Positions 13,171 to 25,880 of a stretch of 64,000 nt of DNA are shown here, in pieces. The DNA comes from Octopus vulgaris (lineage: Eukaryota): NCBI GenBank assembly GCA_951406725.2, contig OX597823.1, forward strand, positions 53,878,001 to 53,942,000, written 5' to 3'. Below the pieces are notes generated by a model that was not told the DNA's origin, searched no databases, and saw only the letters and a program-made list of their open reading frames with translations. Position 1 is the first letter of the stretch. Each line of letters opens with the position of its first letter. Made by a program: the position numbers and the translations under genes.

Positions 13171-13361
13171 GTTTGTCCCCGCAACATCGCTTCACAACCG
13201 ATGCTGGTGTGTTTACGTCCCCGTAACTTAGCGGGTCGGCCAAAGAGACCAATAGAATAAGTACTAGGCTTACAAAGAACAAGTCCTGGGGTCGATTTGC
13301 TCGACTAAAGGCGATGCTCCAGCATGGCCGAAGTCAAATGAATGAAACAAGTAAAAGAGTA
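12921..13361 (+). mobile_element. tRNA-derived SINE family A with internal (TA)n(TG)n (representative full copy)
   Basis: A/B-box-like head, CORE-like CCTTGGGCAAGT, GAGTAAAA tail. Whole or partial copies near 0.5, 2.6, 5.3, 6.2, 11.5, 12.2, 15.5, 18.0, 26.7, 30.5, 33.8, 34.3, 39.9, 45.9, 50.0, 51.9 and 58.7 kb. Confidence 0.9.
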
Positions 13362-13588
13362 CCTTATACATCTATATATGCACCCCCTCCTGTTTCCTTA
13401 AGTTTTTTTACTATTTTTTAACTATCTTTAATTAAATCAAAGACAGGCATATGATAAAAGGCTAAACTGCAATTATTTTACCGATTACAGATATCATAAT
13501 CTAGTGAAATGAGTGTACATAAGTTGTAGTAAACAATTTAATCAAAATATAGCATTTACTCAAACAAACTATGTTGTGTTCTCTTCAT

Positions 13589-13883
13589 CAACGGGCCCCA
13601 AGCTATTTTGCACCAGGCATTAGTTTCATGTAAGACAATCTTTCCACAGACCAGGGATCACATGTATAACAAAACACAATAAAGTACATAATAAACAATT
13701 TGATTATTATATGTACGATACATATGTATTACATACATAATATATATATTTCATACTGCAAAAACACCCTGCAGACTGCGATAAAGGAAAAGAAAATTTA
13801 ACATTTTATTCTTTCTGTGCAGGCCTATACCAAATGATCCACGGCCCAGTACTGGTCCGCGGTCTGGTAGTTAGGAAACTCTA
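13589..13883 (-). mobile_element. hAT-Charlie (MER1-like) MITE
   Basis: Subterminal GGACCAGTACTGGGCCGTGG and GTGGAAAGATTGTCTT...TGGTGC resemble recalled MER1/Charlie3 ends. Confidence 0.65.
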
Positions 13884-15494
13884 AGTGGTTTATGGTCAAC
13901 TTAGTGCTCCACAAAAAAATACTAAAAATAAATTACGTTCTTTTTACTGTGCCTTTTCTACCATAGATATGCAAAATATTGAAGCAACTTCTCGACTTAC
14001 CAGTCAAAAATTATACCAACCCCTTCCAAAAAAATAATAATAATAATAATAAACGGAAAACACTTATTCGTTGGACATAATAACCAAAATCATAAATTCA
14101 AATTTGGATTTAACTCGTGTAAATGTCGACTGAACAAAATTTTATGGCAAAATTTCAAAGAGGAATTGTTTTCAGTAATTAATAATCTAAGAGCGGTGAC
14201 GAGGACAAGCTAGCAGAATAATTAGCGAAATGCTTAGCCGCGCAGTGGAATTTTGCTAGGAACCACGTGGCTGCGAAGCGACTCATGACTATGATAGTTA
14301 ATGGAATGAAGCCGTGTCTCAAACCAAGATTTGGAAAAGCCTTGACTTAAATCTTGTTTTATGACGCTAGTGGCTGAAAAATAATTCTTCCTGTGACTTG
14401 AACCCTCGCACGTAAATTTTTATCGATTGTTTTATTTCCTAATCCTGATAGTTACGCGAAGTGAGACAACACGAAATATATGAAATATAAAATCAGACAC
14501 ACAGAATGTATCCTATAGATTTGATCATCGACTATAAGTAATTACTCTGGTGAATTATTGATTCGGCTGCCTCGGCCTTCCCCAGTGTGTGAGGATTACT
14601 TTCCTCTGATTACTGTTTATAACATGTCTAAATTAATTTTGTATAAGTAAACTTTTTTCTTTTTCTTTTTTTTCTTTTTTTTTTCTTTGTACTTTTAAAA
14701 GTGGATGTTGGTAAATGGAAAGCGATTGGAATGAAAAGATTAAATTGAGGTTCTTTCAGGCCGGTTTTGAAATTAATGATTTTACATCGTCGCATACACA
14801 CATTGACAGTCCTCGAAGGCAAATTTGCAGTTCGCCAATCATTATGAACAATGACGTATCTCGCCAACTAATCTATTCTGACAACTCTGAATTGCTTTCT
14901 GAAAGCAATTCTAAATAAAATGCAATTACTTCATTTTACCTTTGCTTATAATTTTAACAATACACCATCAGAAACATTAACAAAGTGACTTTAGTTGCAT
15001 TGATTTTTCTATTATTGCTTAATAGAAATATAGAATTAAGTTGTAAAACGACAATTTTTATCACCTTCGCTGCCAGACAAAGATGAACATTTCTTTTTCT
15101 AGTTAAGAAATTACCAGTGATTTGAGTTCTAATTTTCATAAATTCACTTCTTACGTGGGAGGAATGGTGAGCGGAAGGAGTTATTTTATTACTTTTACGA
15201 AATGTCTTCCACTACAAAAACTTTACAACAAAACGTAGACTTTGTCAAAGTTATCAGTGACAAATCTACTGTTGTACACGAATCATCGAATACAAAAATA
15301 TGATTAGATATTCGATTAGTTAACTTTGATATGGAGAAAGGACTCATAACCTTTTTTCATTTATTTATTTATTTATTTATTTATCTATTTATTTATTTAT
15401 TTATTTATTTTTTAGTTTTCCAATTTCCCAAAGGATTTTCAATGTCCTCATATCCTTTTTGGCGGGCAGCTAAAACTGAAAGAAGCCCTTCGTA

Positions 15495-15557
<63 letters not shown>

Positions 15558-16101
15558 GTGTATATGTTTGTGTGTCTGTGTTTGTCCCCACCCCACCCCA
15601 ACCCCGCCCCAGCATCGCTTGACAACCGATGCTGGTGTGTTTACGGCCCCGTAACATAGCGGTTCGGCAAAAGAGATCGATAGAATAAGTACTAGGCTTA
15701 CAAAGAATAAGTCCAGGGGTCGATTTGCCCGACTAAAGGCGGTGCTCCAGCATGGCCGCAGTCAAATGACTGAAACAAGTAAAAGAGTAAAGAGTAAAGA
15801 GAGCTAAAAAATCATCTTCACAACCACCAGGCATTATAACATGCAAGTATGACTTCGAAATATGATAATAACTTAGTTTTGCATATTGATAACCAACGAA
15901 AAAAAAAACAATAATAAATATTTTATAATTATTCATAGAATACTATGCTAGAGACCGAGTTCCATACCCCTAACCGTTCGGTTTCCTTACCCTCAAGGAG
16001 TCTAGATATCAGCAGGTAAAAAAACCCTGATATAAAGAAATGTTGAAAGGTTTGAAAATACCAATAAAATACCATGAAATGAAATAAATAATTGTGTAAG
16101 G

Positions 16102-16864
16102 CAAGGGTGTCCAACAAGGGGGCTGCGGAGAACTACCGGGTCATGGAACATTGGGTACTGGACGAACAGAAAGAATAAATTTTGAAATATTGTTTCTATT
16201 TCATTGACTACCGCATTCTACAGGATGTCTTTTGCATTATATATATATATATGTGTGTATAACATATAATACATATAGTACACACACACACACGTGTAAT
16301 ATATAATACATATATTACATGCTAGCAGTATCGCCCGGCGTTGCTCGGGTTTGTAAGGGAAATGACTATATAAGCATTTTTAGAGAGTTACAGCCAAAAA
16401 ATAGCAAAAAAATGCATTAAAAAATGGAAAACAAAATGATGGTAAATTTTTTTTTAATCGTTGACTCATCGTAGACATTTTTAGAGAGTTACTTCCCTTA
16501 TATAATAGCGAAAAAAATGCATTAAAATGGAAAAAAATTATGGTAAATTTTTTTTTAAATCGTAGACTCATCGTAGACGCGCGCTAATACCCAGAAGGGC
16601 TCGATATGAATCACGACTATAAGATACCCGGTTTTGGTTAAACTGCACCGCAAAATGTGGGAGTAGTTAGGAATCTAAATCGTAGGAGACAGACACACAA
16701 CTTTAGTTTTATATATAAAGATGTATAATATAAGTGATATATAACACGTACATTACATAGTATTGTATATGTAATAATGAAAGTAAACAGATGCACTTTG
16801 TTGCGTTTTGTCATGCACTTAATCACTCTGTTTTTGGTGCAAAAAAAAAAGTTGGGGACCGCTG
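16102..16864 (+). mobile_element. hAT-Charlie (MER1-like) MITE interrupted by a Helitron
   Basis: CAAGGGTGTCCAAC...GTTGGGGACCGCTG ends; shares ACAGAAAGAATAAA with the 13.8 kb copy. Confidence 0.65.
16322..16721 (-). mobile_element. Non-autonomous Helitron
   Basis: On minus: 5' TC start, 3' GC-rich hairpin CCCGAGCAACGCCGGG followed by CTAG; internal ~100-bp tandem duplication (16376-16578). Confidence 0.8.
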
Positions 16865-18945
16865 ATATACGGACTAACGAATATTCCTTATTCCAGTAGT
16901 TCCATAGATTGCATCAAAGAATTTGCAGGGGGACAAATACAGAAGAATGTAATGATTGAGACAAATTCAGAAGAATATATTTTCTCTATCGCCTACTCTC
17001 AACACGTTTGTTGCCGCCAGCGATATGTTGGTTTTGTATTCTTACACCGGCAGGTAGATAATATAGTTTTACAACGCCAATAAATATCACAAAGACATTT
17101 TTGCTTGACTTTAAAAGTAGTTCTTGAAAGAGCAAAGTCAATAGGGATCATTGAACTACAACAACCACCAAGTAATTTGACACTATGTTCTCATCACTGA
17201 TTCTTCCGTTGGATTATTCGATGATAATCCGAGAGTATATGCCGAAAAACTAAGGGACATAACTCTTAAGGCGCTATATAGGAGTTACTTCCCCTGAAAC
17301 AATTTAACTGATTACTAGCATTTTAATTATTCTAATAGTATATGTGCCCGAAACTTATGATTTTACTATCCTTTGAAATTAAAAAGAAAAGGAAATATTT
17401 TTTCTTTAAATTATTCGAGTCTGTATCAAATTTGCTACTAATTGAAAACATCTGTTATTCTTCTATATTGTACGCCGAGAGATTTTGGGCCCAGGGTGAT
17501 TACTGTGGAAAATTCAAAAATATACATGCTATTTAGCAATTGTGTACGGAAGACTAACTTGGTCTCTCTCTCTCTCTCTGCAAGCTTCATTAATCGGTAT
17601 CACTTCCAGTTAAACTATTTTTTTTAAATAACGTAATATGACATTACTAAATCATTTTTTAACAAGATCGTAAAATATGACAACGGAAAAATAAATAGGA
17701 AAAACAGAATTTTCTGTTCATCTCATAGCTGGTTCTTTATTCCTCTATATCCTTAAGTTTAAAATTAAATTTCCATAAAAAATATAGAAGGACCCCGATT
17801 CACAAAATGTCTGCGTCGCAAAAAGTGAGTTTTAAAATTTGTACCATAATTTACATGAAATGCAATAATAACAGAGAGAAAAAATGTTAATTCCTTATTC
17901 CTTACATTTCGACATTTTGATTTCTGTTATGAAATGCATTGGGAACAATTCAACGCTTGGAAGGACAATCAAAAATTGAAGGATGTGGCATTGCCGTTTG
18001 GCGGGGGTGGTGATTGCAAGTGTCTTCCACAAAATCCCCAGTGCGACCAAAGCCTTGTGAGCGGATTTGATAGACAGAAACGGAAAGAAATCCGTCATGT
18101 GTGTGTGCGTCCTTATCCCCAACCGCTTGACAACCGGTATTAGTTTACTGTGCCTGAGTGAGGTTCATACAAATACCATCAAAAGTAGTTTCGATTTGGT
18201 TGAACAAGAACGAAGCTGCCTGTTTTCATTTCAGCTCCATCAGAGATATTCAAAGTGTCATCGAAAAAGTCTGATCCATCTTTTAGAACCATCAAGCTTC
18301 TTTACTATAAACAAGAGATCAATGGCTTTCATAATGAGTAATGCTTGCTTTGTTAGGTATTTGTGCATGTTTTCACGAACTGGGTGACCATTAAGAAGAT
18401 TTTGGCCAATGGAAAAATAACAAAGGCGTCGAATTAACTAAATCTACAATTAACTTTCATTCTAAGACCATTAAACATGATTGCTGACATTGTGTTAGTG
18501 TAGATTCATACATAGACTGCTTTACGCCAGAGTTTACTATACAAGAAGATAGTTTTGCTTAACTCCATCAAAACCACTTTTGGCATGATCAGCAAATTTT
18601 CGTTTGGATGAGTTCTCTAAATTATTTCAGAGATCCTTCAGAGTAACAAAGTTTGGTTTTATTAGAAAAGGATTTTATGTTTTTTCGTTTTTTCATCGGC
18701 GTAATGACCTGTGCCCCTATTATATTTCTATGTTGATTTCATTGTATATCCTAGGAAAGGTATTATCATTTGACTTTTTTATACAGTATGGAAGAGGATT
18801 ATGACAGTCTTCTATTATTGTAGAACTTAAATTTAATTGACGTTTACTACTTTGCAAGTTAGTAACATAAGCAAAAAAATTAGAATTTTATTCATAATCA
18901 TTTTTGTCTTTCAAATCATATTGCCATAAATACACACAATGGGTA

Positions 18946-20003
18946 TACGAGGGAAAGCTGACTATGAAAGAGTGATGCTAAAGCTGTAAAATCTTGCATG
19001 CATTAATTTTAACACTTCTTATGAATAACTTCATCCCCCCCGCCCCCAGGTAAACTGATTGATATCTCACTGTTCAAAGAACATTTCAAAAGTAACAATG
19101 ACTTCTCTTGAAAATGGACAAAATTTGGCATTTTGGTGTTATAGAGGTACCTGCAAAAAAGAGTTTAGCTCCCCTAGGACATGTATACTGACATGGTTGC
19201 CACTTCAACTATATCAACAGTGCAAATTGGACAGCTGAACTTAGATGACCCAACGTCTGAATGTCCTGCAATTGTCACTACCGAAGAAAATACGGTGATG
19301 GATGACAGTTAATTGACTACAAATCAAATAGCCAATGCTATTAGTATATATGCCGTGAGAAAGTTGAGAATATTCTGCAAAATGAACTTGGCATGACAAA
19401 GATTTCTGTTCAGTGGGTGCCACGTCATCTGACACCTGATCAAGAGCACACCAGGCTGATCACATCACAGGAAAACCTGACAGGTAGATCCAGCTGGTTT
19501 CCTTGTACATTTCCTAAGCCAGGATGAATGTTGGGTTCATCAATTTGAGCCAGTGACAAGCAGATAATCCATGCAGTGGAAACCACCACCCCTCCTCAGC
19601 TGCTCCAAAGAAAACCAAGGTGATTTCAACTGCAGGGAAGGTGATGGCCTCAGTTTTTTTGGATACAAAAAGCAGTGTTTATTGACTATCTTTAAAAGGG
19701 CCACACCATCATTGGAGAGTACCATGCCAACTTGCTGAGGCAGTTATGAAAGGCTATAAAGGCCAAACGTCCAGCAAAGCTGATGAAGGGGGTCTGGTTT
19801 CATCAGGATACTGCTTCAGCACACAAGTCCTTGGTTTCAGTGGCTGCCGTGTGTGATTATGGCTTTGAACAGGTTGATCACCCTCCCTATTCTCCTAATT
19901 TGACCCATCTAACTATCATCTGTTCCCCAAAATAAAAACCACTTTGGCCACATTCCACGAGATGATCTCAACCAGCCTGTGGACCTTTCAGCCAACCCTT
20001 GTA
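18946..20003 (+). mobile_element. Decayed mariner transposase element
   Basis: Remnant motifs WVPRHL, DECWVHQFEP, FHQDTASAH, HPPYSPNL with frameshifts; degenerate TACGAGGG...CCCTTGTA ends. Confidence 0.85.
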
Positions 20004-20646
20004 ACTGACCAGGCCTAAATGAATATGCTACCTTTTTGCTAGACTTTTAGCCAACCCAGTTTCATAGTCACTCTGTCTAAGAATATATATACATATATAT
20101 GTTTTTGTGTGTGTAGTCTAACAGTGGCCTGCCCTTAGCCAGGTCCTGTGCATGTGGATATTCTCCAGCACCCTCTACACAACCTGGGAGGACCAGTACC
20201 CACCCCTGCTGCTGTTAATATTACTGGAACTTTGGTTGCCATGACTAGAGCTGGGGTGAATACTGAAGTGGTTTCCCATTGCCTTCTCCAGGCAGGTGAG
20301 ATGTGAATTCAGAATGTAGTGAGCCAGAAAAAATTTCATAAAGCATCTCTGCTGAAGCACCAATGATTTTGCCACCCTCCCACTCACAAAATAATGTGAA
20401 ATGAAGTGTTGACATTTAAAATATATTGACTTGTGAAAGCAATGAGCAAAGAATTGCAATGAATCAAGTGTACACAATATTTTTAGGCACACAGGGTGAA
20501 TTTTTAAGGCAAAAATTTGCAGATAAAAAGGTATACACTAGGACAAGTCTAAAGGGCCAAAAATTCCATGTGAAGTGCAGCAGAATTTAGAAAGATAGTG
20601 ATGATGATGTTTGAATGTTTACACTACTTGTTTACAATATATACTA

Positions 20647-20860
20647 AGGTGGCAAGCTAGCAGAAACATTAGCACGCCGGGCAAAATGCTTCACAGTATT
20701 TCGTGTCTTTTCATTCTGAGTTCAAATTCTGCTGAGGTCAACTTTGCCTTTCATCCTTTCAGGGTTGATAAATTAAGTACCAGTTGTGTACTGGGGTTGA
20801 TCTAATCGATTGGGCCCCTCCCAAAAAATTTGGGGCTTTGTGCCTAGAGTAGAAAAGAAT
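20647..20860 (+). mobile_element. SINE family C (central domain GCCTTTCATCCTTTC...GATAAA...AGTACCAG)
   Basis: Copies at about 340-515, 42683-42845 and 51710-51790 on minus; domain name not verified. Confidence 0.7.
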
Positions 20861-21007
20861 ATATACTATGTCAACTTGTATGCTGAAAAATATGGCATTT
20901 CACTGACATTAATAGACACACATACACGGGATTATAGCTGCAACTAAGATAAAAAGGCTTGAATAGAGAAGTATTTTTTCACAAACATTTGAATTTATGT
21001 ATCAATT

Positions 21008-21081
21008 TTTATTCATTAATTTTTTTTTTGTTTATCTAAAAATAACAACAAAAACAGAATGCATTTAGACGTAATTTTATT
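21008..21081 (-). terminator. Two candidate AATAAA polyadenylation signals of ABCF3 (21076-21081, 21008-21013)
   Basis: AATAAA hexamers 75-150 nt after the stop codon; AT-rich background makes chance matches likely. Confidence 0.45.
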
Positions 21082-21155
21082 GAAAATCAGGAAAATAGAT
21101 ATACAAAGAATCCTAATTTTCCCAGATAACTAATTTATGAGGTAAGAGACTGTTG

Positions 21156-21308
21156 TCATAGAGTAGCTTGAAGTTCTTGCTCAACAATCTGTTTGTACTC
21201 ATCGAAGCCACCTTCCAAACTTCTCACAGTTCCCCCTTGAACTACCCATAGTTCATTGCAAATAACTCGAATAAGTCTTTCGTCGTGAGATACTAAAATG
21301 ACACCACC
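21156..21308 (-). CDS. ABCF3: ABCF3 exon 19, terminal (GGVILVSHDERLI...ELQATL*)
   Basis: CAG acceptor, 153 nt including TGA. Confidence 0.96.
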   Translation of the reverse strand, partial: GGVILVSHDERLIRVICNELWVVQGGTVRSLEGGFDEYKQIVEQELQATL

Positions 21309-24300
21309 CTGTAAAAAGACAAAGAAGAAAAATGATACACAACTGTTTTTGTAAATTAATAAGAAAAGTAATATTTTTAAATACTGTACTACGTAAAATT
21401 CCATCCCTGGATCTTCTCTGTCCGCAATTCCTCTGCAGAGGAATTGCAGATCTGGAGAGACTCTCAGATCTCTGAGCTACTTAAAATCAATATTTAACAA
21501 CACAAATTAATATTTGCTCTTACCACATTTCTATTGCTGAAGACTAGGTTTTTCACAGATACACTTATGCCTCATATTTCAGTTACATAACCTATCCAAA
21601 ACTCCAGTTTCCATAGCAATAAGCAGATGGAAAACAATTCTTCCATTCGATATAAAGCAATTTTCATTGGAGGAACTGAACTCAACACTGAAAGTTACCA
21701 AAATACTAGTCAGTTCTGTAACACAGTGTACTTGGTCCTCAAAAGTTAGTGTCCTTGGCCACAGACAACAAAAGATACTGACCAATTCTTTGTCTATTGT
21801 CCACTACCTTACTAACAATATCATCTATGCTCTCACATTCCTGGCAATAACATTTAATTCCTTTAAAGAATGAAATTGTTTTCTTTTGGTGGTATCAGAA
21901 TAGGACATCAATACATGAACAGTAATAACCAACCATGCTATATTCTTTAACTGCTATATAAAATAAATAAATTATATAAATTATATACTGTTGGTGATAT
22001 ATATAGGAACAGCCTATATATATATAGGAACGAAACAGCCTGCTCATGAAATTAACGTGTAAGTGGCTGAGCACTCCACAAACACGTGTACCCTTAACGT
22101 AGTCTGGGAATCGAAACCGCAATCCTATGACCGGGAGTCCGCTGCCCTAACCTCTGGGCCATTGCACCTCCTGTAACAAATAGTAGCTAAGCAAACAAAT
22201 CTAACTGAGAACACTGTTTAGTAACTGAGTTCTTTTGTCTAGGCACCAGTTTCTGTACATTTATTCATATTATCATATGCTGGTATAGGATACACAAGTA
22301 AAAAGAAAAATGTAGACATAAGACATAGGTTGAAGGGAGATAAGAAAGAGAGTGAAATAAGGAAAGCCCACCCAACAAAAGACCACTTCGAAATGGATGC
22401 TTATTGTAGTTAGGACTGCAAACAAACTCCTCATCAGCTATCTTTTAATCTTTAACTGTTCATTATAAGCACCAATTTTTAATGCAATAAAATTCATTCT
22501 TCTGTATGGGACCTTGCGAGAAGCAACCGACCAAGCTCCAGATTAACCAGATAGCAATCAGTTAGATATACCAAGTAATTCTGATCATTTAAACTAGAAC
22601 TGTCAAGAACCATTTCTTGACAGAATAGAAAAGAATTACCAAACACCTGTCTAATTAAAAACTAAAAAGGCATGATAGCAATTATCAAACAACCAATTCA
22701 GACAAATCATCCTGATAAAGATCTGAGTGTGTCTCCAGTGCGCAATTTGCCCTTTATGCTATCATGCGTCCACAAATAAATAAAAATGGGGGAGTGAAAA
22801 AAATTCATTTCAAACATCTATGAATACTTGCAAGTTTTTGTTTTTTGTTCAAAATGCTCATCCAGTTAACTTTTCCACAAGTTTATATCTAATTTACACC
22901 TCCTCCAAAAGATTTTTTAAAATTTCTTTTATACACAGCGCCTCTATGCTGTTTTCTGTTGTATGGGAGAGGGCAACCATGCCGGTGGCACGTAAAAAGC
23001 ACCATCCGATCGTGGCCGTTGCCAGCCTTGCCTGGCCCCTGTGCCGGTTGCACGTAAAAAGCACCATCCGATCGTGGCTATTGCCAGCCTTGCCTGGCCC
23101 CCGTGCCGGTGGCACATAAAAAGCACCATCCGACCATGGCCATTTGCCAGCCCCGTCTGACAGCTGTGCTGGTGGCACGTAAAAAGTACCCACTACACTC
23201 ACAAAGTGGTTGGCGTTAGGAAGGGCATCCAGCCGTAGAAACATTGCCAGATCAGACTGGGCCTGGTGCAGCCTTCTGGTTTCCTAGACCCCAGTTGAAC
23301 CGTCCAACCCATGCTAGCATGGAAAGCGGACACTAAATGATGATGATGATGATGAATTATCATGTCACAACTACTGGGCATCATAACTGAATGTGTTTGT
23401 GTTTATATTTCTTACTTTGCCTAAATATTAATGTCCACAATTTATTTCTTTATTTGATTAATCCTTTAGTATTCAGATTATTCTGTCAAATGTAATACTA
23501 ATTAATTCACATTGTTTTGAATTAATCAAGCATTATCTTGCCGCTTTGAGATTTTGATGATGATGATGATCATCATCATTGCTTAATGTCTGCCTTCCAT
23601 GCTGGCATAGGTGAGATAGTTTGACAGGAGCCAGCCAGGCAGAAACCTGCACCAGACTTCTGCAACTACTTTGGTAGGATCTTTACAGCTGGATGCTCTT
23701 CCTAACACCAACCACCCAGCAGAATGGGCTTGTGATTGTTTAGTTTTAGAATGACATTATAAGGTAGATGGAACTTTAAACCTTTTAGCGCTCAGATTAT
23801 TTGGTCAAATGTAATGCTTATTTATTCACATTGTTTTTAATTAATCAAGCATTATCTTGTCACTAAGATTTTGATGATGTGATTGTTTATTTTTAGAATG
23901 ACAAAATGGTGAGAAAGGATCTACAAACTTTGGGACTCAGAGGGGATGATGGGGGACCGAGACTCCTGGTAGTTTGCTGTGCTTGAAAAGACATGTCCAG
24001 CTAAGTAAAAGCATGTTTGCCCTTGATACAGGCTCATCCCTTGCTCTCCAGTCAAGCATCCTTAATCTTGTGGGCTCAGAAGTGCTGATGCCATGTAAAA
24101 ATCACTCATACCAGTGCTGCATAAAAGCACCCAGTACACTCTGTAAAGTGATTGGCATTAAGAAGGGCATCCAGCTGTAGGAACCATGCTAAAACAGACA
24201 TGGATCCTGAACAGCCCTTCAGCTGGTTGGCTTCTGTCAAACCATCCAATCCATGCTAGCATGGAAAATGGACATTAAATGATGAGTAAGATGATGAATG

Positions 24301-25825
24301 ACATTATAGGGTAGATGGGTAGTATAGGGTAGTCAGATCTGGCCAGTTTGAATATGAAACATGTAAAATAATTTGGCTAAATATGGCCGGTTTAAATGTT
24401 AAAGGGTTAATTCACCCACTGGAAGACTGATCAAGTAAATTGTTATACATTAATTCACATATTCAAAGAGCAAAGATAGACCAGATGAAACATGATAAAA
24501 ATAACTCCCAACTAAAAGAGAATGTTTACAGTTTGTTACTGTTATTGTAAGGTGAGGTAAGATTGGTACAATTAACCTGCTAACATTGTCATCCAACTCT
24601 GTCGAGTAAGACCTTGCAGGGTTTGATGAGACATAACTGGTCTTTTCCTGACAACTGAAAGCAAGAATATTCAGGAATACGTCACTTTTGAAACCAGATA
24701 CTTTATCTGAAACAAACAATCATTTCACTCATTTCTGCACTCAAAACAATTATATTAAAGTGAGAACTTACTTGAAATTTTTGAAGAGCTTTTCCTAAAG
24801 CTTCTATTGTTTCTACATCAAGGTGATTTGTAGGTTCATCAAGAATGAAGAAGTTGGGGCTGTGAAAAAAAAGGAATATATGTAAGTATGTATGCATATT
24901 TATGTGTGTGTATGGGGGGGGGGCACATGCATGAGTGATAGTGTGTATGTGTGCATGTATGTGTATTATAGTAACTCTTGCTCCATAATTTCAAGTTACA
25001 TGCTGATGACTGCTTTTGTCGGTATAAACCAAAGTTATGAAAACTTGTCATTTTAACTCATCATCATCATCATTTAACATTGGTTTTCCATGCTGGCATG
25101 GGTTGGACAGTTTGGCAAGAGCTAGCAAGCCAGAAGGTTGCACCAGGCTCCAGTTGTCCATTTTGGCATGGTTTCTACAGCTGGATACACTTTCTAACAC
25201 CAACCATGCTACGGAGTGTACTTGGTGCTTTTTACATGAAACAAGCATGGATGCTTTTCACATAGCACCAGCATGAGTGCTTTTTATGTGGTGCTTACAC
25301 AAATGCTTTTTACATGAAGCAAGGACAGACTTTTTTATGTGGTGCCTGCACAGGTGCTTTTTACATGGCACCAACACAGGTGCATTTTTTTTTTTTGTGG
25401 TGCCAACATGAGTGTTTTTTCTGTGACATTAACATGGGTGCTTTTTACGTGGTGCCAGCAGAGGTGCTTTTTACATGAATAAATACATTTATTATACATA
25501 ATGTATTGAATATTTTCCACCCTGTTTGTGAATCCAGATGCAAACTAAAATATTTACTGACAATGGACTGGCAGAATCATTAGAGCATCAGATAAAATGC
25601 TTTGAGGTATAAATTCTGAGCCATAATGCTCTATGTTCAAATCCCACCAAGGTCACCTCCCCAGAGTCGATAAAAATGAAGAACAGAACCAGTTCAATCA
25701 ACTAACTCCTCCCTGCCAAATGTCTGGTATCATGTATGTGAAGCCCATCATACATGTGTGTGTGTGTGTGTGTATGTGTCTTTGAGTCCATCTCTCACCA
25801 CCACCACAGTGCTTTTTGCATGGCA

Positions 25826-25880
<55 letters not shown>

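Noticed and set aside
5904-13282. Dozens of 60-160 aa ORFs rich in IY/TH/CV/YVCM repeats
   Set aside because: Stop-free translations of microsatellites; not genes.
14715-14918. 67-aa plus ORF after a pyrimidine tract
   Set aside because: No recognisable homology or consistent exon chain; kept only as a non-coding candidate.
18160-18710. Coding-like non-repetitive stretch
   Set aside because: Frames interrupted by stops and no motif recognised; possibly an old TE relic but unsupported.
25220-25475. Short repeats with variable spacers, superficially CRISPR-like
   Set aside because: Degenerate LINE 3'UTR modules with irregular period in a eukaryotic intron; no cas genes.
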